A DNA stretch of 64,000 nucleotides from Candidatus Pacebacteria bacterium CG_4_9_14_0_2_um_filter_40_15 (GTDB taxonomy: Bacteria; Patescibacteriota; Microgenomatia; UBA1400; PJMF01), in the NCBI GenBank assembly GCA_002788675.1, contig PFRS01000001.1, positions 15,009-79,008 on the forward strand. The letters are read 5' to 3'. Below, in pieces: positions 55,048 to 64,000 of the stretch. The notes beneath the pieces are model-generated. The model saw only the letters and a program-made list of their open reading frames with translations. It was not told the DNA's origin and did no database searches. The position numbers and the translations under genes were made by a program. Numbering within the stretch: the first letter of the stretch is position 1; each line of letters starts with the position of its first letter.

Positions 55048-56379
55048 CTACCACTTGAACAATGGGAACGTTGTTGCCATCGCCTCTACTTCTTCCCGAA
55101 TCGAACGCAAAACCTTGTCAGTTTTGGCACGCTTCTTAAAGTCCTTGAGGAAGGCCCTGCGAGCCTTCAAATCCTTCGGAAGCTGTTCGGTCGTAGTGTG
55201 CTCGATCACCCGGGCAATCCATTCAGCAATTTGTTTCATTTCTGCAGTGTTCATACCTCGAGTAGTTACCAGCGGTGTGCCAATGCGAATTCCACTTGGA
55301 TAGAAAGGTGAACCAGGTTCATTTGGAACCGTGTTTTTGTTAGCATAGATACCAGCTACATCAAGCGCATAAGCTACTTGAGTACCCAGACCAGCCCCAA
55401 GCCTAGTCAGATCAATTACCATCAAATGCGTCTCTGTCCCACCACCGACCAACTGCACGCCTCGAGCCAACATACCTTCAGCCAACGCCGTGGCATTTGC
55501 CGTCACGCGCTTGGCATACTGCGTAAATTCCGGCCGCATGGCCTGCGCGGCCGCGATCGCAATGCCTGCCGTTGTCGCATTATGTGGTCCGCCCTGCAGG
55601 CCTGGGATAATAGCAGCATCAATTTTCTTACCAAGCTTTGGATCTCGAGCCATACCTTCATCAGTAACCATAATCATGGCCCCTCGAGGACCTCTAAAGG
55701 TTTTATGAGTGGTCGACATAACAACATGCGCAAACGGGACCGGCGACATGTGTTCTCCGCCAATTACCAAACCAGTCACATGCGAAATATCTGCAACAAG
55801 CCAGGCGTCAACCTCATCGGCAATAGCGCGAAACTTCTTGAAGTCTAATTCAAACGGATAGGCCGTATTTCCGGCCACGATCACTTTTGGTTTGTGCTTG
55901 TGTGCTAACTCGCGAACTTCGTCAAAATCTATCCGTGCATCGGCCAGAACACCATACTGAACAGAGTTGTAGAAAGTACCAGACCCCGTCACCTTTGGAT
56001 GGCCGTGAGTTAAGTGTCCCCCATTTGCCAATTTAAGTCCCAAAAGTGTATCTCCAGGCTGCATCAGCGCAAAATAAATAGCCAAGTTTGCCGGCGAACC
56101 AGAATAGGGCTGCACATTTACATACGGAACACTAAATAACTCTTTAACTCGATCACGAGCCAGGTTTTCGACCTTGTCGATAATTTGGTTACCTTCGTAA
56201 TAGCGCTTTCCAGGGTAACCTTCGGCATATTTATTCGATAAACAGGAGGACAAAACCTCCGAAACTTCTGGCGAAACAGCGTTCTCCGAAGGAATTAATC
56301 CAATCATCTTAATTTGACGATCCTCTTCCTGAGTAATTAAACTAACTATTTCATCTCTCTGTGGTGACTTATTTTGCAT
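55048..56379 (-). CDS. glyA: Serine hydroxymethyltransferase
   Basis: GYPGKRYYEGNQ and the PLP-lysine motif TTHKTFRGPRGAMI; 443 aa. Confidence 0.9.
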   Translation of the reverse strand: MQNKSPQRDEIVSLITQEEDRQIKMIGLIPSENAVSPEVSEVLSSCLSNKYAEGYPGKRYYEGNQIIDKVENLARDRVKELFSVPYVNVQPYSGSPANLAIYFALMQPGDTLLGLKLANGGHLTHGHPKVTGSGTFYNSVQYGVLADARIDFDEVRELAHKHKPKVIVAGNTAYPFELDFKKFRAIADEVDAWLVADISHVTGLVIGGEHMSPVPFAHVVMSTTHKTFRGPRGAMIMVTDEGMARDPKLGKKIDAAIIPGLQGGPHNATTAGIAIAAAQAMRPEFTQYAKRVTANATALAEGMLARGVQLVGGGTETHLMVIDLTRLGAGLGTQVAYALDVAGIYANKNTVPNEPGSPFYPSGIRIGTPLVTTRGMNTAEMKQIAEWIARVIEHTTTEQLPKDLKARRAFLKDFKKRAKTDKVLRSIREEVEAMATTFPLFKW

Positions 56380-56610
56380 CTTATTCCGTTTCTCCCGTTT
56401 TGGGACTAAGTAGGTATCACTGTGGCACTACGCCACTGTATTTTACACTATAAAAATGACGCCATCGTTTGTGGCGCCTGTACACTAGGGAAAAACTCTT
56501 AAAGAGTTGAAAATTGAATCTGGAATGTGTTGGCCGACTTAATCATGGGCAGCCTCCATTTGAGTATGTGTCATTCTGATGAAAGTATAACATACCTAGC
56601 TAAAAATGCA

Positions 56611-57936
56611 TTATTCATCATTCTTTTGTAAGCTATTCAGGAGTATCGCTTGTCTGAGTAAAAAGTCAACTTGTCCTGCCTCGCCTGGGAGAATAACACT
56701 ATCTGTTGCAATAAATGCATCATCAACGAGCCCCATCCTTTCCTTAAATGTATCCAATCGCTCCATAAGTTCACTCAAATGTAATCTATTTTCTTCCTTA
56801 AAGATAGCTTTCATCTTAGGAATAGCATCCATATCAGCTTCTTGAATTGCTCTGAGAGCGTGCATAGCTTTTCTACTTGGAATGTACTTTTCACGAGTAA
56901 ACCATTCCAAAGCTTGTTGAGAGGTTAACTTGCCAGTACTAATAAATCCTGCTAAATCATGATATTTAATCAGAAATTTAAGAAAAAATGCAGCTTCATC
57001 AGATTTCTTTGCCTGTGAAATAATTATTTCCTCGCGAACTTCTGGAGGTAAATGAACCAGCATGTCGGGATCCTTAAACGAAACTAATTTTGATGAGATA
57101 CCGTGAATCCAGTTCTCTGCCCAAAAAACTGAGCCTACTGCATGTGTTGGATCTTGAGGATTGTGGAGCTTACCAAAGTCGTGCAACATGATTGCACTCA
57201 GCTGCATAGCAATCAAGTCGACGTCAATTCGTGTATAAGTATCACTCTCTTTTTGATAGAGCCCTATACTAACGGCCATACTTGCCATGGCTTCACAGAT
57301 ATGTTCAAGAGGATCACGTCCACCGTGCTGTGCGGTCACAAGGCCACCCATTTCGGCGTCTGATAGAGCCAACATAGCCTTAGGAAAGTAGATTGCTCTA
57401 TTTCCATACAACTGATCTCGCACTTGATCTCTGAAAATAATTCTACGTTCCTCTTTGGTTTGGCCTTCACGATATGGAACATCAAAGTAAAAATCTCGAC
57501 CATCTGCAATTTGCTGGACTGTATCCATTAACACTGCTAGAGCTCTTGAGATTTGCTTAAAATCAGCATCAAGTCGTAGTTTCCCTTCTTCTGTCTCATT
57601 GGTTGCCGTCATGGTCTCCTGTATGAGTTTTCCTTTGTTCTGTCGAGCAACAAATTGTGACTCAGATTCATCTATGAGCCTCTCTGGATTAAGTAAGGCA
57701 TCAAGAACTTTCTGATATTCAACAGCCATACTGCTGTCGTCATACATAACCATCTCTCCAGTAGGAGAAATAAAGGCAGGAGTTACTCCCTCAAGATGTG
57801 GAAGTATTTTTTCAGGTAAAGATATATGTGATGTCAGGCGCTCATCAGGATACACAGGAACGCCACTACTCAAATCCGGGCCCTGTTGGCCAAGTCGGTA
57901 TTGTGCTGCATATGATGTATCTTGTTCGCTCGACAT
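56611..57936 (-). CDS. HD-domain-containing protein
   Basis: H...HD motif (AIMLHDFGKLH) with upstream His residues. Confidence 0.45.
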   Translation of the reverse strand: MSSEQDTSYAAQYRLGQQGPDLSSGVPVYPDERLTSHISLPEKILPHLEGVTPAFISPTGEMVMYDDSSMAVEYQKVLDALLNPERLIDESESQFVARQNKGKLIQETMTATNETEEGKLRLDADFKQISRALAVLMDTVQQIADGRDFYFDVPYREGQTKEERRIIFRDQVRDQLYGNRAIYFPKAMLALSDAEMGGLVTAQHGGRDPLEHICEAMASMAVSIGLYQKESDTYTRIDVDLIAMQLSAIMLHDFGKLHNPQDPTHAVGSVFWAENWIHGISSKLVSFKDPDMLVHLPPEVREEIIISQAKKSDEAAFFLKFLIKYHDLAGFISTGKLTSQQALEWFTREKYIPSRKAMHALRAIQEADMDAIPKMKAIFKEENRLHLSELMERLDTFKERMGLVDDAFIATDSVILPGEAGQVDFLLRQAILLNSLQKNDE

Positions 57937-58060
57937 AGTGTGTGTTCTTTGTCTGAGGAGAATGGTGAAGTGGATAATAAAAAAAGCACCTACTTCAACA
58001 CTCTGCTCTACTTGGTTTCCCGGGCGGAAGGTTTCTCTGAGGGAAAACCCGTCGCCTTTT

Positions 58061-58416
58061 GTTACTTGGGAGCGAATGGTGACCTAGTGTGCCAGTTCGC
58101 TATTCCAGTATCAGTTTTATTTGATACAGTCTCATAATAATATATATTGGATATAATTGCAACTAGCAATTTCCTCGAGAGTCTTATAGCAATTTGAGTA
58201 ATTGGCTTTACTCTTGGCTATATAACTCATTTAGACCGACAATATATTATTAAAGACTGATAACATTTTATTAGCAGATGTTAATATTTGTTGATTATAA
58301 TAATTAAACAACGAATTTTGAATAAAAAAAGAACACCTCTGTAGTTTTCGACTCAACTTGGTCTCTTCTATCTTGAAAGCTGCTGCTCTCGAGATAAATC
58401 GTTACTTGGGAGCGAA
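58061..58416. repeat. 16-bp perfect direct repeat (gttacttgggagcgaa at 58061-58076 and 58401-58416) bracketing 324 bp of AT-rich non-coding DNA
   Basis: Direct reading. Confidence 0.6.
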
Positions 58417-58506
58417 AACAGGATGTCCTCGCAACGCTAATATGTTATGAATATGTATTTTATACTTTAAAAAAAGAAGCTCAAGCCCCAATTTTCGTCT
58501 TGATAG

Positions 58507-59133
58507 CTATTCAACTAATAAAGCTGTCTCAACAAAGTAGCGGACCTGATTTTCAGGGAACTGCAGCGTTATGAATCTTGAGATAACTTCATCTGGAGAA
58601 ATGCTGTCTGTTAGCCATCTGGTACCGATGTCCTTCAGAGATTCAACCAACTCGTAGGGAAAAATAATCCACTCTGCTACTTGAGCTGAAAAGAAATCTG
58701 GCACGATTTGGGAGCGTTCTTTATAGAAGACCGTAGCTGTGGTGACACTTGCCGCTCCTCTTTCTTTCAGGTACTCAGTTGCAAACAGCAAAGATTCACC
58801 CGTATCTGCCACGTCATCAAACAACAAAATGTGCTCTCCCATGATATTCACGGGAAGATCCTGATAGACAGTCGGCTTTGCTTTGCGTTCATTCACCCCT
58901 TTGTAGAAAGAAAGACCCAAACTTTGCACTTCCGAGACTTCAAGAAAATCAGCCAAAGATCTACTCATTGGCCAGCCTCCCTTAGCAAGGGTTACTACTC
59001 GATCAAACGAGTGATCAGATGCACGAATCTGCTGCGCCATTTCAAACGCAAGTGCGTGCAGTTCTTCCCAGGTGGGAGCAACATACGAAATCGAATCGTT
59101 TTCAAATGTGTGAAGTGTGAGTGATGGATGCAT
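58507..59133 (-). CDS. Phosphoribosyltransferase (type I PRTase; purine/pyrimidine salvage)
   Basis: PRPP-binding motif ILLFDDVADTGESL. Confidence 0.65.
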   Translation of the reverse strand: MHPSLTLHTFENDSISYVAPTWEELHALAFEMAQQIRASDHSFDRVVTLAKGGWPMSRSLADFLEVSEVQSLGLSFYKGVNERKAKPTVYQDLPVNIMGEHILLFDDVADTGESLLFATEYLKERGAASVTTATVFYKERSQIVPDFFSAQVAEWIIFPYELVESLKDIGTRWLTDSISPDEVISRFITLQFPENQVRYFVETALLVE

Positions 59134-59145
59134 ACTATCTGTATG

Positions 59146-59982
59146 CTACTTATTTGCGGAAACAAACTCAAGTGCAGATTGAAGATCTTCTGCCAATGGC
59201 GCCTCAAAAGTAACGCGTTTAAGCGTGCGAGGATGGGTCAGCTCAATCTGGGAAGCATGTAAAAATTGTCGAGGACACCAGCCCACATCAACGCGGGCTC
59301 GTTTTTTACCTACATATTTTTCGTCTCCCACCAACGGATGCTGCAAATGGGCCATGTGCACACGAATTTGGTGCGTTCTGCCCGTTTTTGGCCAACAGTG
59401 CACTAAAGAAAAACCTTGGTACATGCTGAGTCTTGGTTTTTTTATTCCAGTAGTTTGGCTGTATGCTGCTTCATTGAAAGTCGGATAGTACTGCTGAACT
59501 TGATACTTGGTAAGTGATGGTCTGCCATCAGAAACAACGGCAAAAAGTTTTCTATCTGAACTCCGCCTACCAATCGGCACATTTACTTCACCTTCAGGCA
59601 TAGCAAACTTGCCATGCGTTAAACAAGTGTAGCGTTTTTGAACGGTGCGTTGGCGGAATTGCGCCAGTAAAGACAAAAGTGCCCCTGGGTGCTTGGCACA
59701 CACAAAGATGCCACTGGTATTTTTATCAAGGCGATGTGCTATTCCGGTGCGAGCTTCAAAAATTGATTCTGGAGTTCCGAATGCATCAGTAAAATCTACA
59801 GGCAAAAGCTGCTGCCAATTGTCTGGATAGTTTTTCTGTGCAACTTCAGGCACATTTTTCTCAATCCAATCTTGAATTGTTTCGGTAACCACCGTTTGGG
59901 CTCGATTAACCACAACTCCAGCGGGCTTATTGAGTATGAGTAAGTCTTGATCTTGGTAGACAATGGTAATTTTAGCTGACAT
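59146..59982 (-). CDS. RluA-family pseudouridine synthase
   Basis: Catalytic motif GIAHRLDKNTSGIFVCAK (HRLDxxTSG). Confidence 0.8.
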   Translation of the reverse strand: MSAKITIVYQDQDLLILNKPAGVVVNRAQTVVTETIQDWIEKNVPEVAQKNYPDNWQQLLPVDFTDAFGTPESIFEARTGIAHRLDKNTSGIFVCAKHPGALLSLLAQFRQRTVQKRYTCLTHGKFAMPEGEVNVPIGRRSSDRKLFAVVSDGRPSLTKYQVQQYYPTFNEAAYSQTTGIKKPRLSMYQGFSLVHCWPKTGRTHQIRVHMAHLQHPLVGDEKYVGKKRARVDVGWCPRQFLHASQIELTHPRTLKRVTFEAPLAEDLQSALEFVSANK

Positions 59983-60397
59983 TTTTTTCCTTCAATACGC
60001 TGAGTCCAAAGAAGAAAAGTACTCCAAATATCAGCCAATCCGCAAGGTTATTTGTAATTGCTGTTCCTGGAACAGGAAGCCAGTCGCGCACTGCGCCATA
60101 CCAGGCACGATCTAAAATATTTGAGAGTCCGGCTCCAAAAAATAGTCCTGATAAGACAGGCTTTTCTTTCCACAGGGGTGCAAAAGCATACCAAAGTGCT
60201 ACTAAAATAAGGAGAGTTCCACCAGTGAGGAGCTCTGAAGGAAACTGAGCCAACGCATTTAATGAAACTCCAGTGTTGTAGTGAGTTACAAATCCAAATA
60301 TATGTGCCCCGTCCTTAGTGAGTTGGTCAAACCCAAAGGTCAACAGTAACGAAATCAAAAGAGTTCTTTCGGGAGTGATCTGTTTCATGATCTGCAC
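59972..60397 (-). CDS. lspA: Lipoprotein signal peptidase (signal peptidase II)
   Basis: YNTGVSLN and GLSNILDRAWYGAVRDW motifs, and four TM helices. Confidence 0.7.
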   Translation of the reverse strand: MQIMKQITPERTLLISLLLTFGFDQLTKDGAHIFGFVTHYNTGVSLNALAQFPSELLTGGTLLILVALWYAFAPLWKEKPVLSGLFFGAGLSNILDRAWYGAVRDWLPVPGTAITNNLADWLIFGVLFFFGLSVLKEKNVS

Positions 60398-61236
60398 TAT
60401 TTCTCACTACTCTGTTTTAGGCGGCGCACCAGTTTTTTTTGTTTTTTCTTTTCTCGGGTGAAAGGAAGTGGACGTCCAGATCTGTGGTACATTAGCAGTG
60501 TTCCAACAATAAACATGATAAGTGACAAAATTTGGTCAACATTGGTACCCCAAAGCTCAATGATTGCTGGTTTAAAGAAGGACAGTACAAAAAAGAAGAA
60601 GCCACTCGATATCAAACTCACCGACAATAAGAACCCAGTCTGAGCCGATTTTTTACCAGAGCGATACCACTGAAAATTTCGATACTCGAGTTCAACCCAA
60701 GATACATACCTAAACAAAATAATAAAGAAAACTGCTTGATAGAGCTGCACTGGATGCACCGGTTCAAAAAGCCCTGGGAACTGCACTCCCATTGGCAGAC
60801 TGGTTGGATATCCTGCTCCACTGCCATCCAAGAACTGACCCAAATAAATTAAACTGAGCATGAGAGCCACCGCGATCATCCAAAAATCAATAATTTCAAA
60901 ACTGTCCCATTTCTTTTTCTTTGCATATTTATAGATATATACACCCGCGATAAAAATACCGATAATTCCGCTAAAACCAGCGTTTGAGATCATATCAAAC
61001 CACTTAAGCGGAGCAAGTCCAAACTGATTAAAGTTAAACATGATATACCCCACTCGAGCACCAATTGCTCCCAAAAGTGAAGAAACTAAAAACATATCAA
61101 ACACCTGATCTTCAGGGTAATGTTCCTCACGCGATTTTCTCCATAAAACGAACGCCCCAAAGAAAAAAGCTACCAATAAGATCACACTCAGCGTGCGTAA
61201 TGAAAATGAACCAATTGAAAACAGTTCCGGAAACAT
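60397..61236 (-). CDS. lgt: Prolipoprotein diacylglyceryl transferase. The start is trimmed to the ATG MFPELFSIG at 61236.
   Basis: The Lgt signature region (HPVQLYQAVF) and a polytopic membrane protein. It is adjacent to lspA. Confidence 0.7.
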   Translation of the reverse strand: MFPELFSIGSFSLRTLSVILLVAFFFGAFVLWRKSREEHYPEDQVFDMFLVSSLLGAIGARVGYIMFNFNQFGLAPLKWFDMISNAGFSGIIGIFIAGVYIYKYAKKKKWDSFEIIDFWMIAVALMLSLIYLGQFLDGSGAGYPTSLPMGVQFPGLFEPVHPVQLYQAVFFIILFRYVSWVELEYRNFQWYRSGKKSAQTGFLLSVSLISSGFFFFVLSFFKPAIIELWGTNVDQILSLIMFIVGTLLMYHRSGRPLPFTREKKKQKKLVRRLKQSSEK

Positions 61237-61314
61237 ACTGGTATTATACCGCACCTTTGCCACCTTTGCGCTAGCCCATACAGAAAGTATCAAAATGCGG
61301 TATACTTAGACGGT

Positions 61315-61773
61315 ATGTTGTCGATACCACACGCGCTCACCGGAGCATTTGTTGCCAGTCAATTTCCTTCACCAGTCTACTACGTGCCTGGTGCTTTTGG
61401 TTTGCATTACCTGCAAGATTGGATTCCGCATTGGGATTTTGGCACCGGACTTTCAACAGGAAAGCGCAAAAAAAGCACTGCTATTTTGCTTGAACTCTGT
61501 GAATTAGTGGTAACTTTTGCCCTGATTTACTTTGTCTTTCAATACGGAAAAACTGAAATCCAATACCACATTTGGGCTGGAGCCCTCATGGGCATTATGC
61601 CTGATTTCATTGAAGCACCGCGTAATTTTCTGAAGTGGGAACCATTCTTTTTAAAACCTTTAAATGAGTTTCATGGGTTATTCCACAACTCCACACATAA
61701 CAAGTTTGTTGGACTGTTACCACAAGTTTTAACGGTTCTCGTCATTCTTTGGCTCGTTTTTAGACCTATCTAA
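61315..61773 (+). CDS. Membrane protein of unknown function
   Basis: 152 aa with hydrophobic helices. Confidence 0.4.
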   Translation: MLSIPHALTGAFVASQFPSPVYYVPGAFGLHYLQDWIPHWDFGTGLSTGKRKKSTAILLELCELVVTFALIYFVFQYGKTEIQYHIWAGALMGIMPDFIEAPRNFLKWEPFFLKPLNEFHGLFHNSTHNKFVGLLPQVLTVLVILWLVFRPI

Positions 61774-61822
61774 AAAAACAGCCCCAATGCTGTGATGCCT
61801 GGGGCCTGATACATTTTTTATT

Positions 61823-62500
61823 CTATATTTTGAACGGACCGATGTCTTCTTCAGTCTGCTGGCGTGTAATTGCAGCAACTGCTGATGACCATCCATACCC
61901 GTGGTAGTGGCCTGCTACCGAGGGGCCACTGGCCATTACTGGATTATTTGGGGTGAGATACACCCCTCGTTCTGCTGAAGGATACACTAAGGTGTGTGTT
62001 GCTTGTAGTGCTTCTGCTCGCACCCAAGCTTGGTAGCCAGGGTATATGACAATCATCCCCACCGGGTAGTGGTCTTGCTGAGTTATAGAATATACTTTAG
62101 ATAACTCATGATTCATAGCTGCTAAAAAGCCTCCTTTTGATTCATCTGCCAGGTTCTGGTGCGGTTTCTTTCCGGAGTGCAGGTCTATTAGCAACAAGAT
62201 TGCATCAGAAGCAAAATCTTCATCACTTCTGCGAACGAGAGCAAGCACATCTGAAACAGTACCAAAAGTTTTTGGTTCTGCATCTCGAATAAACGGACGC
62301 AGCCAATTGCGTTTCCAGTCCCACACGACTTCTGGACCATCCTCACGGATATCAATCCAGAGACTGAGCGGATAGTTACCTCCAACAGGACGACCTAACT
62401 GAACTGCCATACCTTTCATGGCACCGTTATGTGCAACTGGCGCCCAACTTTTTAAGGTTGGGTAACCCCAAAAGTTTGTTTTTAAATGAACAATTTGCAT
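61823..62500 (-). CDS. Hypothetical protein
   Basis: Long ORF with no recognised motif. Confidence 0.4.
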   Translation of the reverse strand: MQIVHLKTNFWGYPTLKSWAPVAHNGAMKGMAVQLGRPVGGNYPLSLWIDIREDGPEVVWDWKRNWLRPFIRDAEPKTFGTVSDVLALVRRSDEDFASDAILLLIDLHSGKKPHQNLADESKGGFLAAMNHELSKVYSITQQDHYPVGMIVIYPGYQAWVRAEALQATHTLVYPSAERGVYLTPNNPVMASGPSVAGHYHGYGWSSAVAAITRQQTEEDIGPFKI

Positions 62501-62641
62501 GGTTTACAACCTCCTTCCCCTTGGGGAATGAATATGGTGAAAAAATAAAAAATGTTAAAAGTCATACCCGCTTGAAAAGGCGTAAAAGTGCCCATCTATC
62601 AAGCAAGTAATTGAAGGCATTATATCATTAGAGAAAAATGC

Positions 62642-62678
62642 AAAAAAATACAACAGATTGTTGCTGTTGTATTTTTTT
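62642..62678. terminator. Bidirectional terminator hairpin flanked by an A7 run and a T7 run, immediately 3' of tRNA-Leu
   Basis: aaaaaaa-tacaacag-attgttg-ctgttgta-ttttttt. Confidence 0.6.
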
Positions 62679-62679
62679 G

Positions 62680-62763
62680 TGCCGAGAGAGGGAATCGAAC
62701 CCTCACGAGGTTGCCCTCATGGGTTTTTGAGACCCACGCGTCTACCGGTTCCGCCACCTCGGC
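62680..62763 (-). tRNA. tRNA-Leu (anticodon CAA) with a long variable arm
   Basis: Cloverleaf read on the reverse complement: acceptor gccgagg/tctcggc, anticodon loop ctCAAaa, variable stem gaggg/cctc, and T-arm gaggg-ttcgatt-ccctc. Confidence 0.8.
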
Positions 62764-62951
62764 GTGTCGATGTATTCATCTATGTTCTGAAACAAGGATG
62801 TATCAGACTGCTATTGTATCAAATTTTTTGGGTTTAGCAGATTGAAAAATCTCTCCTGTCTTTCTGAATGAAAGGTTGTAGACGCAAAAGAGCCGATCAC
62901 GGTGGATCGGCTCTTCTTTTTCAAGTTATGTATTTAGTTGTATTTGTTTAA

Positions 62952-63944
62952 CTACGGGGCGTCGTATTGATTGCCCCAGTCATTAAACGGTACGAAAAAA
63001 TTGTGATTCGTCAGACGTTGTCCATCTGCTGAATTCACAAATAGTGCCATAGGACCGCTATAATCAGTCGTAAACTCACGCCGATAACAGCCGTCTACGA
63101 CGGTGTATCCGTCTGACACAGTGATATCTTGATCACTGCTCTCTATTGTCACTTCACCGAAAATCGGATTCGTGACTACAATGTTTAAGTGGCCGCTTCC
63201 GTTACCTTTAATGATAAAGGCATTCGGGTTTTGATCAAACTGACATTGCACCTGATCATCTACTTGTGCCAAATCGGCCTGATCAGCAAGTGCTTGGTCA
63301 TCATTCGACAACGCTCGCGTGTGCCACTCAGTAAAACTGGCGGCCCAAACAGCAGCATCGTCTAGATGAGACTCGGCCCATGCCAATAGTTCAGATTCAG
63401 AACAATTGTTTGCCCGATCAAATCGAACCACAATATACGTGCGGTTCGAATTTGAATACTGCCAGTCGCCACCCTGCCATGCCATAAAATGCATATTAGG
63501 GTCTTGACCAGGAACGAAATAAATAACCATATCATAAAAATTATCAAACGCTGGTAAATAGGACACCGTCGTGAACGGGGTATCTTCTTTTCCAACGTAA
63601 ATCGAATACTCAAAATTTGCACCGCCACAAACTTCTGCATCAGTTACGAACTCAGGCATGCCGGGTTTAACCAGCAATTCTTCATCAGTAACTTCCACTT
63701 CTGGTTCAGAAGTTACGGTTGGCACTGGCGTTTGTGCCGCGGGTGCTTGAGTGACCCCAATCGTGGGGACCGCTGTGCTTGTTGCCAGAACAGTTTGAGC
63801 AGCAGGTGTAACAGCCGGCGTAGGCGCTTCTTGAAATTCTCCAGAAGTCGCAGTCTGATGCACTATGTCTGACGTAGTTTGGCTGCAAGCAGCCATTACG
63901 AATACAACAATTACCAATAGAAAAAACATTTTCCAATTTTTCAT
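62952..63944 (-). CDS. Secreted lipoprotein of unknown function
   Basis: Signal peptide with a lipobox (VMAAC), then Thr/Pro/Ala-rich linkers. Confidence 0.5.
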   Translation of the reverse strand: MKNWKMFFLLVIVVFVMAACSQTTSDIVHQTATSGEFQEAPTPAVTPAAQTVLATSTAVPTIGVTQAPAAQTPVPTVTSEPEVEVTDEELLVKPGMPEFVTDAEVCGGANFEYSIYVGKEDTPFTTVSYLPAFDNFYDMVIYFVPGQDPNMHFMAWQGGDWQYSNSNRTYIVVRFDRANNCSESELLAWAESHLDDAAVWAASFTEWHTRALSNDDQALADQADLAQVDDQVQCQFDQNPNAFIIKGNGSGHLNIVVTNPIFGEVTIESSDQDITVSDGYTVVDGCYRREFTTDYSGPMALFVNSADGQRLTNHNFFVPFNDWGNQYDAP

Positions 63945-64000
63945 TTCAACAGTACCTCAAATGTGATATGAGGCGCACTCTTCTAAAGTTTCTTTGAATG

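Noticed and set aside
1-64000. CRISPR arrays, rRNA operons, and IS elements or transposase genes
   Set aside because: No regularly spaced direct repeats, no 16S/23S/5S signatures and no transposase-like ORFs were seen by eye. The only recombinase is the Xer-type gene.

Overview
This 64-kb window looks like part of a small, roughly 42% GC bacterial chromosome, and the gene content suggests a reduced-genome Patescibacteria/CPR-like lineage (this is inference, not something I could test). No rRNA genes or CRISPR arrays were seen. The main blocks are as follows.

1. Positions 1-6470 hold the 3' part of a giant secreted protein. Its N-terminus runs off the window, and it combines a trypsin-like serine protease with tandem LamG/DUF2341-like modules.

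2. Positions 6.7-13.1 kb carry housekeeping genes: chorismate mutase, tyrS, recG, an rpmF-like ORF, nusB, an acyl-carrier-like protein, rnc, rpsP and a KH-domain protein. Between rnc and rpsP sits a 24-bp perfect inverted repeat enclosing 81 nt, which I treat as a candidate structured RNA.

3. Positions 13.2-29.3 kb hold a complete type IV pilus locus: pilO, pilN, pilM, a PilX-like gene, five pilin or pseudopilin-like genes, a Cys-rich protein, pilD, a major pilin, pilC, pilT and pilB.

4. Inside that pilus locus, at 16.7-19.1 kb, is a locally AT-rich three-gene insert. It has two paralogous genes that fuse a DNPH1/nucleoside-2-deoxyribosyltransferase-like domain to a ribbon-helix-helix domain; one keeps the catalytic Glu and the other has lost it. 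They flank a divergent PNP/UDP-phosphorylase-family gene. This is my best candidate for an undescribed nucleotide-centred conflict or salvage module.

5. Positions 29.4-37.9 kb hold a short holB-like gene, gyrB, a family-II pyrophosphatase, gyrA, tRNA-Ala(GGC) and an HD-domain gene.

6. A Xer-type tyrosine recombinase gene is followed by a 1.2-kb region with no credible ORF. That region contains a 15-bp inverted-repeat pair, four copies of a TAGCCTGG motif, DnaA-box-like 9-mers and an AT-rich tract.

7. Positions 40-50 kb carry more housekeeping genes: a YebC-like regulator, divergent tgt/queA, tsf, rpsB and folD.

8. At 50.9-52.4 kb there is a GC-rich orphan gene (about 52% GC). It sits behind a highly structured leader that includes an orphan perfect Shine-Dalgarno sequence, an intrinsic terminator and a 9-3-9 palindrome.

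9. The remainder holds nfo, an FkbM-family methyltransferase, glyA, an HD-domain protein, a phosphoribosyltransferase, an RluA-family synthase, lspA, lgt, tRNA-Leu(CAA) and a lipoprotein.

All functional calls come from motif recognition by eye, not from database searches.
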